NCBI RefSeq assembly: GCF_001194135.2
Contig: NC_069001.1
Location: forward strand, 18,094,380 to 18,142,443
Origin: Octopus bimaculoides
Taxonomy: Eukaryota
Length of the DNA stretch: 48,064 nucleotides
Direction: 5' to 3'
The first letter of the stretch is position 1. Each line of letters begins with the position of its first letter. This document shows positions 36,070-47,563 of this stretch, piece by piece. Made by a program: the position numbers and the translations under genes. The notes below the pieces were generated by a model. It worked only from the letters and a program-made list of their open reading frames with translations, ran no database searches and was not told where the DNA came from.

Positions 36070-37060
36070 CTAAAAAGAAAAACAACAAAACTAAACAATA
36101 AACAAAAACTGAGTGAAGTGCAGGTGTGGCTGTGTGGTAAGAAGTTTGCTTCCCAACCACATGGTTCTGGGTTCAGTCCCACTGCAAGGCACTTTGGGCA
36201 GGCATCTTCTACTATAGCCTTGGGCCAAACAAAGCCTTGTGAGTGGATTTGGTTGACATGGAAACTGAAAGAAGCCAGTCATATATACATACATATATGC
36301 GTGTTTCTCTTTATGTCCGTGTTTGTCCCCCACCACCACTTGATAACCAGTGTGGATGTGCTTATGTTCCAGTAACTTAGTGTTTTGGCAATCAAATAAG
36401 AGACTAATAGAATAAGTACCAGGCTTAGAATAAAGAAAAAATAAGTCCTGGGGTTGATTCACTCAACAAAAAATTCTTCAAAGCTGTGCCCCAGGATGGT
36501 TGCAGTCTAATGACTGAAACAAGTAAAAGAAATAAAAGAATATATCTCAAGTAGAATCACCATGACAGTGTGTTTGCATGTGTGTGAGAGAGAGAAAGAG
36601 AGGTGTACCTTTTGAATTACATGTAAAACCCATCTACATACTTCTATACCTTCACTGGAAAGGTATGGATCACCCTGATATTTGCCCAAGATACCACACA
36701 GTAAGAGTGAACCCAGGAGTTTGTGTTTGTGAAGCAAATTTCTTAACTATTCAACCATACTGTACCCGCAGTGAAACAGTAACTACTGCCACATGGTTGA
36801 ATGTAGGTGTGAAGGAACTATGGATGGTCTGTATTGGAAAATAGTAAATACAAAAAAAAATCTGGGAAGTGTAGTTATTTTGAAGATTAATATTTTGGAC
36901 AGATAAGGCACTTTATCAATGACAAGATAAAATACATTGATAATGCTAAATAAATAGATTGGAAGTAATGCAAAAGAAAAGAAAAAATAGTAAAAAATAA
37001 AGGGTGGGGAGAGGGAAAGGGAGAGTAAGGTGATGGGGAAATAGATGATATGCTACTTAC

Positions 37061-37132
37061 CCTGTCTGGTTTCCGATTTTTCTCTTTGGCATCTCCAGAG
37101 GCAAAAAATTGCATACATCCACCATTCAAATA
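37061..37132 (-). CDS. MYO6: Myosin VI exon (72 nt), insert-1 region: YLNGGCMQFFASGDAKEKNRKPDR
   Basis: aaacag|TAT...AGG|gtaagt; YLNxGC motif followed by the insert 1 sequence. Confidence 0.92.
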
Positions 37133-38381
37133 CTGTTTGTTGTAAAAAGAGAAAAGAGAGGATGAGTGAAAAAAAAAAAACAATTTATAAATTCATTTTA
37201 TAACAAAATAACCCTCTTAATGCCAGCCTGCCTAAGACCACCCACAAGTTAAATCTGTCTTGAGTTCACAAGATTATGCCAGAGCTAATTCCAGTTTCCA
37301 TGGCATGTAAAAAACTGACAGTGCAAAACTCTTTCTGGATGGGATGCCAGTCTCCTGCAAGCTGCTGTTAATATTCATTTCAGTTGAGTAAACTGGAAGA
37401 ATGTGAAATGAAGTGCCACCCACTCTGAGAATGGAACCTACAACTTTACAATTGTAAACCTGACACCCTAACCATGAGGCTATACAACTTCATAAGACTG
37501 CCTAAGATGTTATGATAGGGAGACACACCTGTTCAAGTTTAAATTAAAAAAACTTTCATCAAAATTTTATGCAAGAACTATAATGCAAATTTATATTCCA
37601 AACATGAACTTAATAACGGAAAAATAATTCACTAAATTCCTCCAAATTTTGATTAATTTCAAGATGTTAAAACACAAGAAGTTTATTTTATTAAATGACA
37701 ATAAATAAAAGAAAGAACTATATTATAAAAAAATGAATGGGTTAGTTATTGAGTAAAAACAATCTAGTATTAAATTTGAAGCTGGCATTTGGAAGCAGGA
37801 ATCCTGTTCACATATTCTTTTGCAGATCTTCAGACTGATATTAATCACATCAATTGCGAGAATAATTCCTTTTCATGAGGTTTAATACCATTTAACACAT
37901 TAGTGCATCTTGGTTTTAGAGAGTCAGTACATTATAACCTTGTGGATCATGACAGATAACTAAAAGGTTTGACAAGGAGGGCATCTGATCATTGAAACAA
38001 AGGCAGAGTATTTCAACAGAATTATGGTAACAAAAGAGTTAATAATGGTCTCAAATTTTGGCACAAGGCCAACAATTTCAGGCGAAGGGAGTAAGTTGAT
38101 TACATCAACCCCAGTACTCAACTGGTACTTATTTTATCGACCCCAAAAGATGAAAGGCAAAGTCAATGTCAGCAGAGTTTGAATTCAGAACATACAGATG
38201 GACAAAATGCCACTAAGCATTTTGCCCAGCATGCTAATAGTTTTGCCAGCTCACAGCCCTAAAAAATAAAGAGTTAATAATGACAAAATTATTTCTTCAT
38301 TATCAACAAAATTAATTGAAACAAAGGCTGTATATTTCAACAGAAATATGGAAACAAAAGGTTAAGTATGAAGTTACTCAC

Positions 38382-38546
38382 ACGAAAACTTTGTGGGTTG
38401 CTGAGTTTTAGCTTCTGTCTCAAATCATCTGGGGCACCAGCACACAAACGGTAAAAAATATGGTAATTCCGTTCATCTTTTCCTTGGACACAAATCCGAG
38501 ATTTTTCCAAAAGATAATGGGATATGAAGCCCCCGGCGACAGAGGC
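38382..38546 (-). CDS. MYO6: Myosin VI exon (165 nt): [55 protein letters not shown]
   Basis: ttacag|GCC...CGT|gtgagt; YLLEKSR and ERNYHIFY motifs. Confidence 0.97.
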
Positions 38547-38614
38547 CTGTAAAAACAACAATAAAAGAGAGATACATGAAGGGAGAGTCTCAGTGAGCAG
38601 AGAGTAAATGGGAA

Positions 38615-38624
38615 NNNNNNNNNN

Positions 38625-38674
<50 letters not shown>
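38615..38674. repeat. 10-N gap followed by a (TG)n microsatellite
   Basis: Directly visible. Confidence 0.95.
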
Positions 38675-38679
<5 letters not shown>

Positions 38680-39239
38680 GAAAGTATAGGTATAAAGGAG
38701 TGTGTGTATGTGTTTGAGCATGTGCAAGTGTGTGTCCATGCATACAAATGTGCATGAGTGTTCATAAACCACAGGTTTGCTTGACCAAAACAGTGATATG
38801 ATATTTATATTCCTTGGTGACATTATGACTAGTTGTTTTGCATTTTGTGAGACCTATTAAATAAGATATCCTTTAACTAAAAAACAGGGAAGAGTTGTTG
38901 ATAGGAAGAGCATCTGGTCATAAGATCCCCACTCAAATACATCCCTATTAACATGGAGGATGCAGAGGGGCTGGCATGGGACCACCAGTGATGAAGAGCA
39001 CTGGTGGACCTGGTCAGTTCTATGCATGATGACACCTCTAAGAATGATCCCTAGCGTCACCTAGCAAGAGCATGAAGCCAAGCCTTTAGCATTCACTTTT
39101 CCAAACTTGAATGGGTCATATGAAATTTATTGAAGATGCTCTTCCTGTCACCAACCCTCATTTCTTTCCAAGTAATGTAATATTTCCCTGCAGTCAAACA
39201 TTTTAACAGAGGATTGGAAAATGAAGGACATCACTTATT

Positions 39240-39590
39240 TGAAATTCAAGTTGGATATGGCTTGAGTCCTCCTGATTGGGTAGATTATCAGCAGTTTGCT
39301 TAGGACCATACAGACTTAATTCAACAATGTTTGTGGTCTGAGAGTGTTGCTGGAGTCACCTTCATATTGTGGATAAGATCCACATTATTTGTGAAGCAGA
39401 GGTCCAAGATGTTGTTTCCCCTGGTTGGCTTCAGTATCACTGGTTCCATGAACAGCATATTAGAAAGTTCAAGTAATGACTCTACATACTTTTGTTCATG
39501 CAGTGACATCCCAGAGAGGATGTGACCTTCTGGTCTTTTAACATTTGGGAGATTGAAGTTACCCAAGAGGAGCATATTAATGTGCTGATC
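39240..39590 (-). mobile_element. LINE (CR1/L2-like) apurinic endonuclease fragment
   Basis: G(D)FNLP...PTRGNNILDLCFTN...TLSDH, the C-terminal APE motifs. Confidence 0.85.
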
Positions 39591-39770
39591 TAGGTGTGCG
39601 TGTGTGTGTATGCATGCGTGATTGAAGGCTTGTACAACAACTGTGATATGGCTGATTATATTTGGAAAAATGCTTTTTCCTAATTACAGACAGATGCAAA
39701 CAACACCACACACACACACAACGTAACATACACAAAAGACACACTCTCATTCACAAGACAATACTCTTAC

Positions 39771-39868
39771 CTTCTTGTCAAAATGTATTTCAACAAATTT
39801 CCCAAATCGACTGCTGTTGTTATTTCTCACAGTCTTTGCATTGCCGAATGCTTCCAACAAAGGATTTG
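39771..39868 (-). CDS. MYO6: Myosin VI exon (98 nt) with switch I: (S)[32 protein letters not shown]
   Basis: tggcag|CA...AAG|gtaaga; LEAFGNAKT and NSSRFGK motifs. Confidence 0.97.
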
Positions 39869-40952
39869 CTGCCAAATAAATGGAAATTTCATTTGTTTTA
39901 AAATAGAATTATTTCACTGTTAATACATTAAGGCAAATTCAAAATGAATTCCTGATTGCTTCTGTTTTTTTTTTTTCTGTCAGCAGAGAACAATTCCTCT
40001 CTTTATCAACAGCGATCAGACATTCACATTTGAATTTGCCAAAACATATTGGTTTCAAGTATTGGCACAAGGTCAGCAATTTTGTGGGAGTAGGTAAGTT
40101 GATTATATGAACCCCAGCGCTCAGCTGGTATTTATTTTATTGAACCCGAAAGGATGAAAAAGCGAAGTGAACCTCAGCAGGATTTGAACTCAGAACATAG
40201 AGATAGCCAAAATGCCACTAAGCATCTTGCCTGGCTTGCTAACAATTTTTCCAGCTCACCTGCCAAAGTTACTTTTGTCTTTCAACCTTCCAGATTCAAA
40301 AACATGCCCACAAATTTGTGGCCTTGAATCTATGTTGAAAATCATTGTTGTTTTTCTTTACTACAACTACTACTACCACCACCACCACTGTTGTAACTTC
40401 AGGGGAAGTGGGTAAGTTAATTATAATGACTTCAATACTTGGCTGGTATTTATTTTATTGACTCCAAAAGGATGAAAAGACAAAGTTGATTTAGCAGAAT
40501 TTGAACTTGGAATGTAAGGATGGACAAAGTGCTGATAAGGATTTCGCACAGTATGCTAACAGTTTAGCCAGTTTGCTGCCCTCATCTGTCAAAACATATT
40601 ATGAATAAATAGATGTGCCACTGGTTGAGTTCTCGCTTTTCTGCATACACCCAATGAATTATTAAACATTTGGCATCAACAAATAATTCATTAGTTGATT
40701 TCTATGAATAAGAGCTCATGTTCTTGTTAGACTCATCAGTTGGCAGAGGGAGGGGACACACAATGAGGTCAAAACATGCTGTAACTCAAAGTCCCCTTAC
40801 ACCTGCGAATCATGTGTGTTATGAATACACATCATTTAAAGAGAGGTGTTCTCCATAGTGGAACTAGCCAATGAAAAATGCAGATGCATACTAACAATAT
40901 TCTTAACAATTAAACCTGGAAAATTAGAGGACAAAAAAAAAAAAAAAAAAAA

Positions 40953-41565
40953 NNNNNNNNNNNNNNNNNNNNNNNNNNNNNNNNNNNNNNNNNNNNNNNN
41001 NNNNNNNNNNNNNNNNNNNNNNNNNNNNNNNNNNNNNNNNNNNNNNNNNNNNNNNNNNNNNNNNNNNNNNNNNNNNNNNNNNNNNNNNNNNNNNNNNNNN
41101 NNNNNNNNNNNNNNNNNNNNNNNNNNNNNNNNNNNNNNNNNNNNNNNNNNNNNNNNNNNNNNNNNNNNNNNNNNNNNNNNNNNNNNNNNNNNNNNNNNNN
41201 NNNNNNNNNNNNNNNNNNNNNNNNNNNNNNNNNNNNNNNNNNNNNNNNNNNNNNNNNNNNNNNNNNNNNNNNNNNNNNNNNNNNNNNNNNNNNNNNNNNN
41301 NNNNNNNNNNNNNNNNNNNNNNNNNNNNNNNNNNNNNNNNNNNNNNNNNNNNNNNNNNNNNNNNNNNNNNNNNNNNNNNNNNNNNNNNNNNNNNNNNNNN
41401 NNNNNNNNNNNNNNNNNNNNNNNNNNNNNNNNNNNNNNNNNNNNNNNNNNNNNNNNNNNNNNNNNNNNNNNNNNNNNNNNNNNNNNNNNNNNNNNNNNNN
41501 NNNNNNNNNNNNNNNNNNNNNNNNNNNNNNNNNNNNNNNNNNNNNNNNNNNNNNNNNNNNNNNNA
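40953..41565. other. Assembly gap (~613 N) flanked by poly-A on both sides
   Basis: N run. The flanking exons splice in frame, so no constitutive exon is needed inside it. Confidence 1.
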
Positions 41566-43007
41566 AAAAAAAAAAAAACTCATTAAAATTAGAGCTTAAA
41601 ATATTGCTGCTAAAATTAAAATGTACCTCTTAGGTGCTTTTCCATATTTTTTTCAAAATTCAATTAATATTGAATAGAATATAATTACAAGTAACATTTG
41701 CCTTTTCTGAACAGCCTTACTACAGACTTCAGTAATGCTGAGTAGTGTCCCTTTAATATCATGCAAAAATTTGAGAATTAAAATTAAATATCTTTTTTTC
41801 TAATGGATAAAATTTTACAAAACCTTTACCAATATATTCTTTTAACATTTCTCTTTCATATTAATATCAATATAATAATTTTTAATCAAAATTAAAAGAA
41901 TGGTGTGGATTCAAAGTGTCGATGTCGGGCATAACTACCAGTCAGTCATCCAGTTTGGTCTATACATTTTTTCTTTTAACTTTTGTTCTACTGCACCAGA
42001 TTTGAAGTATTTTATGTCTAAATGTAGCTTTATCACCAGTCAAACATAATTCAAAAAACTTAATTTGATTTCAACTAAAATTGAATTAGTGAGACTGCTT
42101 GGAAGACGCTGACTGTGACAAAAAAGCTACATTAAGATTATTATTCAACTACTACCGTAGTTGAATGATGATCAACTACTACTGTAGATGAATGATGATA
42201 ACAAGCAATGATCAGACATTCATGCTTAAATCTGCCAAGACATATTAAGAATCTATTGATAGGTTATTGTTTTGATTCTTGCTGTTCTATGTACACTCCA
42301 TGAATTTAATATATTGTGGATGTTTTACAATTAATTTTGAAATTAATCAAGAATTTGGAGGGACTTAGAATTATTTAACCATTAAGACAGTGCTCAGAAC
42401 ATAACTAAAGATTCTTTAATAAAATTACAATAAAATTTATAATCCAAAATTACAATTGAATAACAATAAAAAAAAAAGACAAGCTGAATTAATAAATCAT
42501 AAAAGAATGGTTAAACACTACTTTGGATTCATGTAAAGTTAATAATAAGATGTGAACCATATTTAAATTTGAAATAATTCTCTAACTGTCCAGTTTTTGA
42601 GACATTATGATTTAATGGGTTAAGTAGAGAATATCATACTCCAAGTTCAACTACAACTGTTACTCTGCCATTAACAAAGATTCTGCATTACACAGAATGT
42701 GGCAGAAAATTCTTGTCATTGTTGTGGCACTTGTGAAGTTAGGTATGTGGTATCTTCATGTTGTTTATGTTTTACCATTTCTTTTTCTTTCAATTACTAT
42801 CGTGGTTTGGACTGGTAGAAACTATGCATTTGCTGTTTGAAATGTTTATCAGGAATTACAAATTTGAGGGGCGGGGGTTTGCTACACCCAACATCAAAGG
42901 AGGCAAAAAAAAAAAAAGGGATTTTGTTTGTTTTATTCTTAGATATAATGTTACATTTTGTGAGAAAAGGTAGAAACAATAGAGAAACAATGGTAGAAAT
43001 AACCTAC

Positions 43008-43172
43008 ATTCCACAATCCTTTGTTCAATGGCTCCAGCATGAGTACCCCAACTCTCTGTCAAGTATTTTAAGATGTATTTTGTGGATTCAGTTTTACCAG
43101 CTCCAGATTCACCACTGACAATAATTGACTGACTTTGTTTCAACACTTTCATATCTCGGTATGCTTTGTCAC
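43008..43172 (-). CDS. MYO6: Myosin VI exon (165 nt) with P-loop: [54 protein letters not shown]
   Basis: tttcag|GT...GAA T|gtaggt; P-loop GESGAGKT. Confidence 0.97.
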
Positions 43173-44647
43173 CTGAAACAGGTAAAAAATAACAATGAAA
43201 GAAATATTGATTAAGCCATTCATGAATAAAATTAAGTTTTGATTTTGATTTCCAAGAATTTTGATCTGAAACTATGCATTTAAACTAATGTTATATTTGG
43301 GAAGAGTCACAACTAATAAAACCTATAAACACATGTACCAGTTGTTGCTTGTCTATATTTCACTTCTCTTTTCCTCCCAAAGTTCTTGCCACACCATCTC
43401 TGCAACCTTCTCTATGGATAAAGATGTTCAAATGATCAGTTGGAAAGGCATCAGATTTGATTTGCGAAAAAAATTGGTAGTGGGCAGAGGAAAGAAAAAG
43501 TATAGAATAGCAACAACTGGTGTCTTTATATTGTCCTGATATGATTTCTAAAATATAACAGAAAGTTCAATTTTCATTCTACAATTTAATAAGAAATAAA
43601 TAACCCTAAAAACAAACAGTATGGATGAAAAAAATCATTAAAAAATATGATTATGCAAAACTGCATATTCATCATCATTATCATCACTACCATCATCATT
43701 TAATGTTAGTTCTCCATGCTGGCATGGGTTGGATGCACCAGCAAGAGCTAGCAAGCCAAGAGAACTGTGCTTTGATGTGATTTGCATGTGTAGCTAGATG
43801 CCTTTCCTAATGCCAAACACTTAATAGAGTGTAATGGATGATTTTTAGGAGGCACTGGACCAGTAAGGTCACCAAGAAACTAACAAGGCAAGAACCCTCA
43901 ATTGGTGGGGAAGTAGTAGTAGTGAAGGAGGTGACTGTGCCAGATGAGTTTAAATACTATAGTCCTACCCATGTCAACATGGAAGGCAGACGTTAAACAA
44001 TGATGATGATGAAAGGTTAAATATGATAAATGATGAGGTTAAATATGATAAATGGACAACATTAATTATATTTAAATTTGAATACTTAAATTCGATATAA
44101 ATACTTTGTAATAGTATAATTTCTTGAATTCCCTTTTTTGAAGGGTGATAGCAAATTATCAGATTAACAGGTTAAGAAGAGAATATGGACTGTCCAGTTC
44201 CATCACAGCTGTTGAAGAATAAGAATTGGGAATGTGTATCATGTTTAATGCATAGATGCCAGGGAAATATGTCCTTACATATGAGACAAAGGACAGGCAA
44301 ATAGCTAATGAAATAGACTAAATTCTGCATGGCTATCATCTTGTAGTGTGCTCAAACAGGTCTGATATTCATCACCGTAAGGAAAATAATAGAAATTACA
44401 ATAACATATGTTCATGGTGACATATCTTAGGTTGTAATCACTGGAACTTTTTTCAACCCCCAGATACAAGGGGGTAAAGTCAACCTCCAGTGAGAATCAT
44501 ACTCAAAACCTAAAGCTACATAACTCAATACTACAAGGTATTTTATCCCCCACCCCACCCCATTGATGTCCCCGGCTGCCAAATCAAAGTTCCTACATTA
44601 AATAATAACAAAAAATAGATGAAAGTAAAAAAAAAATATTTACTTAC

Positions 44648-44777
44648 CAATAGCAAATACATGGGGAGGCATGGTTCCTAAAGATTTTCCACAATAGTCT
44701 TGTATTGTCTTTGAAGAGTACAAATCCTTGATCACATAATAAGGATTAATTGCAATCAATATATTGGCTGTATACGT
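44648..44777 (-). CDS. MYO6: Myosin VI exon (130 nt): [43 protein letters not shown](G)
   Basis: ttgtag|ACG...ATT G|gtaagt; not in the ORF track; INPY and PPHVFAI motifs. Confidence 0.96.
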
Positions 44778-45377
44778 CTACAAAGATCAAAAAAGAAAAA
44801 AAAAAGCAATGAATGAATTGTCATTTTATCAATATTTTTTATAAGTAAATGATACTGAATATTTTAAACATCCATTTGAGATGATAAAAGGTAATAAATA
44901 AATAAATAAATAGAATCAATAAAGGGATCTGAATCTGATATAACCATGTTTAAACATTTATAAGACTTGATTTAACAATCATGGAATGATAGGTGTTCAG
45001 TTCTATTTATAGACTACAAAGTGCATGGCAACTTCACTAGTGTTGGTGCTATGAAAAAAGAAAAAAAAGAGAAAACAGCACTTAGCACACTCTAAAATGA
45101 TTGGTATTAGGAAAGGCATCCAACAGTAGAAAGGAAGCCAAAAATGAGACATCAGAATACAATGGAGTTCTCGGTTCTGTTGGGTCCTCACAGACCATTT
45201 AACCATTGCCAACATGGAAGATAGATGTTGAAATAATGACAACAATGACTAGGGTTGTATACTGGGTTGTAGGGATTCTCTTGGACAATGTTTTGGAATG
45301 TAGGCAATAGATTGCACTCAAGTAGTTTAGATTATGCTTTTTTGAAATAAAGGAAAGTCAAATGGTATGGTACTTAC

Positions 45378-45451
45378 ATAAATCTGGTTCTTGTAATAAC
45401 GAACTTTACAATTGTGCAGTAATGTTGCCTCATTAAGGTACATAAGAGCAC
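45378..45451 (-). CDS. MYO6: Myosin VI exon (74 nt): (C)ALMYLNEATLLHNCKVRYYKNQIY
   Basis: tttacag|GT...TAT|gtaagt; conserved N-terminal motor motif LNEATLL. Confidence 0.95.
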
Positions 45452-45761
45452 CTGTAAATAGAAAACAAGAGATTATGGAGAATAATATTGAAGTATTAGA
45501 CACACAAACACAAATATATATTTGTTTATTCATTTTATGTCCATTTATCCATATTAGTGGTAAGCTGGCAGAATCATAAGCATGCAAAGTGAAATACTTA
45601 GAGTTATTTCGTCTGTCCCTTACATTCTGAGTTCAAATTCCACCAAGGCTAACTTTGCCTTTCATCCTGTTGGGGGTCAATATAATAACTACCAGTTGAA
45701 TGCTGGGCTTGATGTAATCAATTTAACTATCTGTGGCTATGAGTATAAAAATGGCATCATT

Positions 45762-46598
45762 CTGTAGTGCATCGACAGATGGCAGCACACATTTGTGAGT
45801 GCAGTGAGAGCTAGCAGTGACCTTCATGGGGAAGTGTGCTGAGTGACATTGCTGTGTTTATTTCACGAGTTGTGAAATTTGTGTCTTTGTGATCACATGA
45901 ATGCAGTAGTCTGTGATTTTATCATGGACAGGAACAAAGAGCCATCATGAAATTTTGGGTTAAACTTGGGAAGACTGCTACAGAGACATTGAGCATGCTT
46001 TGGCAAGCTTATGGTGATGAGGCAATGGGTTGTACTCAATATTTCGAGTGGCACAGGCACTTCAAAAGTAGAAGAATATTCCTGCAAGACCTGCCATGAG
46101 CATCAACCCCGAAAATGTGGTATTGTGCATCAAGAATTCTTCCCCCAGGGCCAGACTGTCAATCAAGAGTTCTATTGCAACATTTTGAAGTGTTTGAGGG
46201 AGGACATTTGGCGAAAGCAACCAGATCTGTGGAGTGTGAAGAGTTTGATTCTTCATGACAACAATGCACCCTGTCACTCTCGTGACATGATATTGCTTCT
46301 GCACCTGCCCTATTCATCAGATTTAACACCTGCAGATTTCCTTCTCTTCCCCAAGATGAAAATGCAGTTCAAAGATCACTGTTTTAACACTACTGTCAAG
46401 GTCCAAAGTGACTCACAGAAGGTCCTCAACTTGCTTATGGAAAACAACTTCCAAGCCAGATTCCAAAAGTGGCAGGAACACTGGGACCAGTGTATTGCTG
46501 TGTAAGGTGACTATTTCGAAGAAGATGATGTTAAAACTTAGGTAAACAAGTTATTCTTATTAAATACAACTAGTCCAGGAACCTTTTTATACCACCTC

Positions 46599-46599
<1 letters not shown>
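45762..46599 (+). mobile_element. Mariner family C, internally deleted copy 2; left TIR missing
   Basis: Colinear with the reverse complement of 12064-12920; HDNNAPCH and YSSDLTPADFLLFPKMK; right TIR aggaacctttttataccacctcg|TA. Confidence 0.9.

Positions 46600-46661
<62 letters not shown>
46600..46661. repeat. (TA)n microsatellite expanded from the mariner TA target site
   Basis: Begins exactly at the TSD. Confidence 0.9.
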
Positions 46662-46663
<2 letters not shown>

Positions 46664-47524
46664 TGTTTCTTTTTATGTTCAGTTCTAAATAAAAACAATT
46701 TTACATTAATCTGATGGGTTACTTTATACTTTTGTAGTGTACAAATTTATTATTGTTATACACAAATGTTGTTGACAGTGACTTTGAAGTTTTGGCCAGC
46801 TAAGCCAATGTTGGACGATGGCATAACTGGATGAAACTTTGAAATCATTGTCAACAACATATATATATCATCATCATCATCATCACTGTTTAATGTCCAT
46901 CTTCTATGCATGCATGGGTAGGACAGTTGACAGGAGCCGGCCAGGTAGAAAATCTACCCAAGGCTACTGTGTCTGTTTTGGCAAGGATTTTACAGCTGGA
47001 TGCCTTTCCTAACACCAACCACTCTGCAGAGTGGATTCAGTGCTTTTTATGTGGCACTAGCACAGGTGAAGTTAGTTTTGGCAAGAATTTTACAGCTGGA
47101 TGACCTTCCAAACACCAACCGCATTATTTTTAACTTGGCACCAGCACTGGCAGGGTAAACAAGTAACTCACAAGACATGAAATTATGAGAGGAGCAGGGC
47201 ATTTGAGGAGGGGAATTTGTGTCAGAGGATGAAAAGTTAGAGTGTGACAAAGAGACAGAGAGACAGAAGCAGGTGTCTTGCCACAACAGAGAGGGGTGTT
47301 AGCTGAGGTGATCCAGTATCAAATGATGAAAGGTTAGTGTAACAGGGAAATAGAGAGGCAGAAATAGGTGTCTTGTTAATGGAGGAGGTACATGGTTAAC
47401 CAGTGAGAGAGGAGATAAAGAGTGAGAGAGGAGATAAAGAGTGAGAGAGAGAGGTACAGAAAGAGGCCAGAGAGAAGTGTAATGATGTAAAGGTGATACT
47501 TGGTTACCTAGTCAGAGGAAAAAC

Positions 47525-47563
<39 letters not shown>

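Larger units (their letters stand above)
1370..45451 (-). other. MYO6: Unconventional myosin VI gene, partial (21 coding exons; 5' and 3' ends outside the window)
   Basis: 21 GT-AG exons splice in one frame (2656 nt). Motifs: [23 protein letters not shown], insert 1, TEDS-site Thr in KGTAIKVP, insert 2 [20 protein letters not shown], one IQ, 3-helix bundle, E/R/K-rich SAH. Most exon sizes match my recollection of vertebrate MYO6. Confidence 0.97.

Noticed and set aside
40846-41586. Long ORFs of 219-246 aa (also 26093-26863)
   Set aside because: They are created by reading through N gaps.
46978-47450. Internal duplications (tttggcaag.attttacagctggatg x2; agtgagagaggagataaag x2)
   Set aside because: Look like internal structure of the RTE-tail repeat and simple purine repeats.
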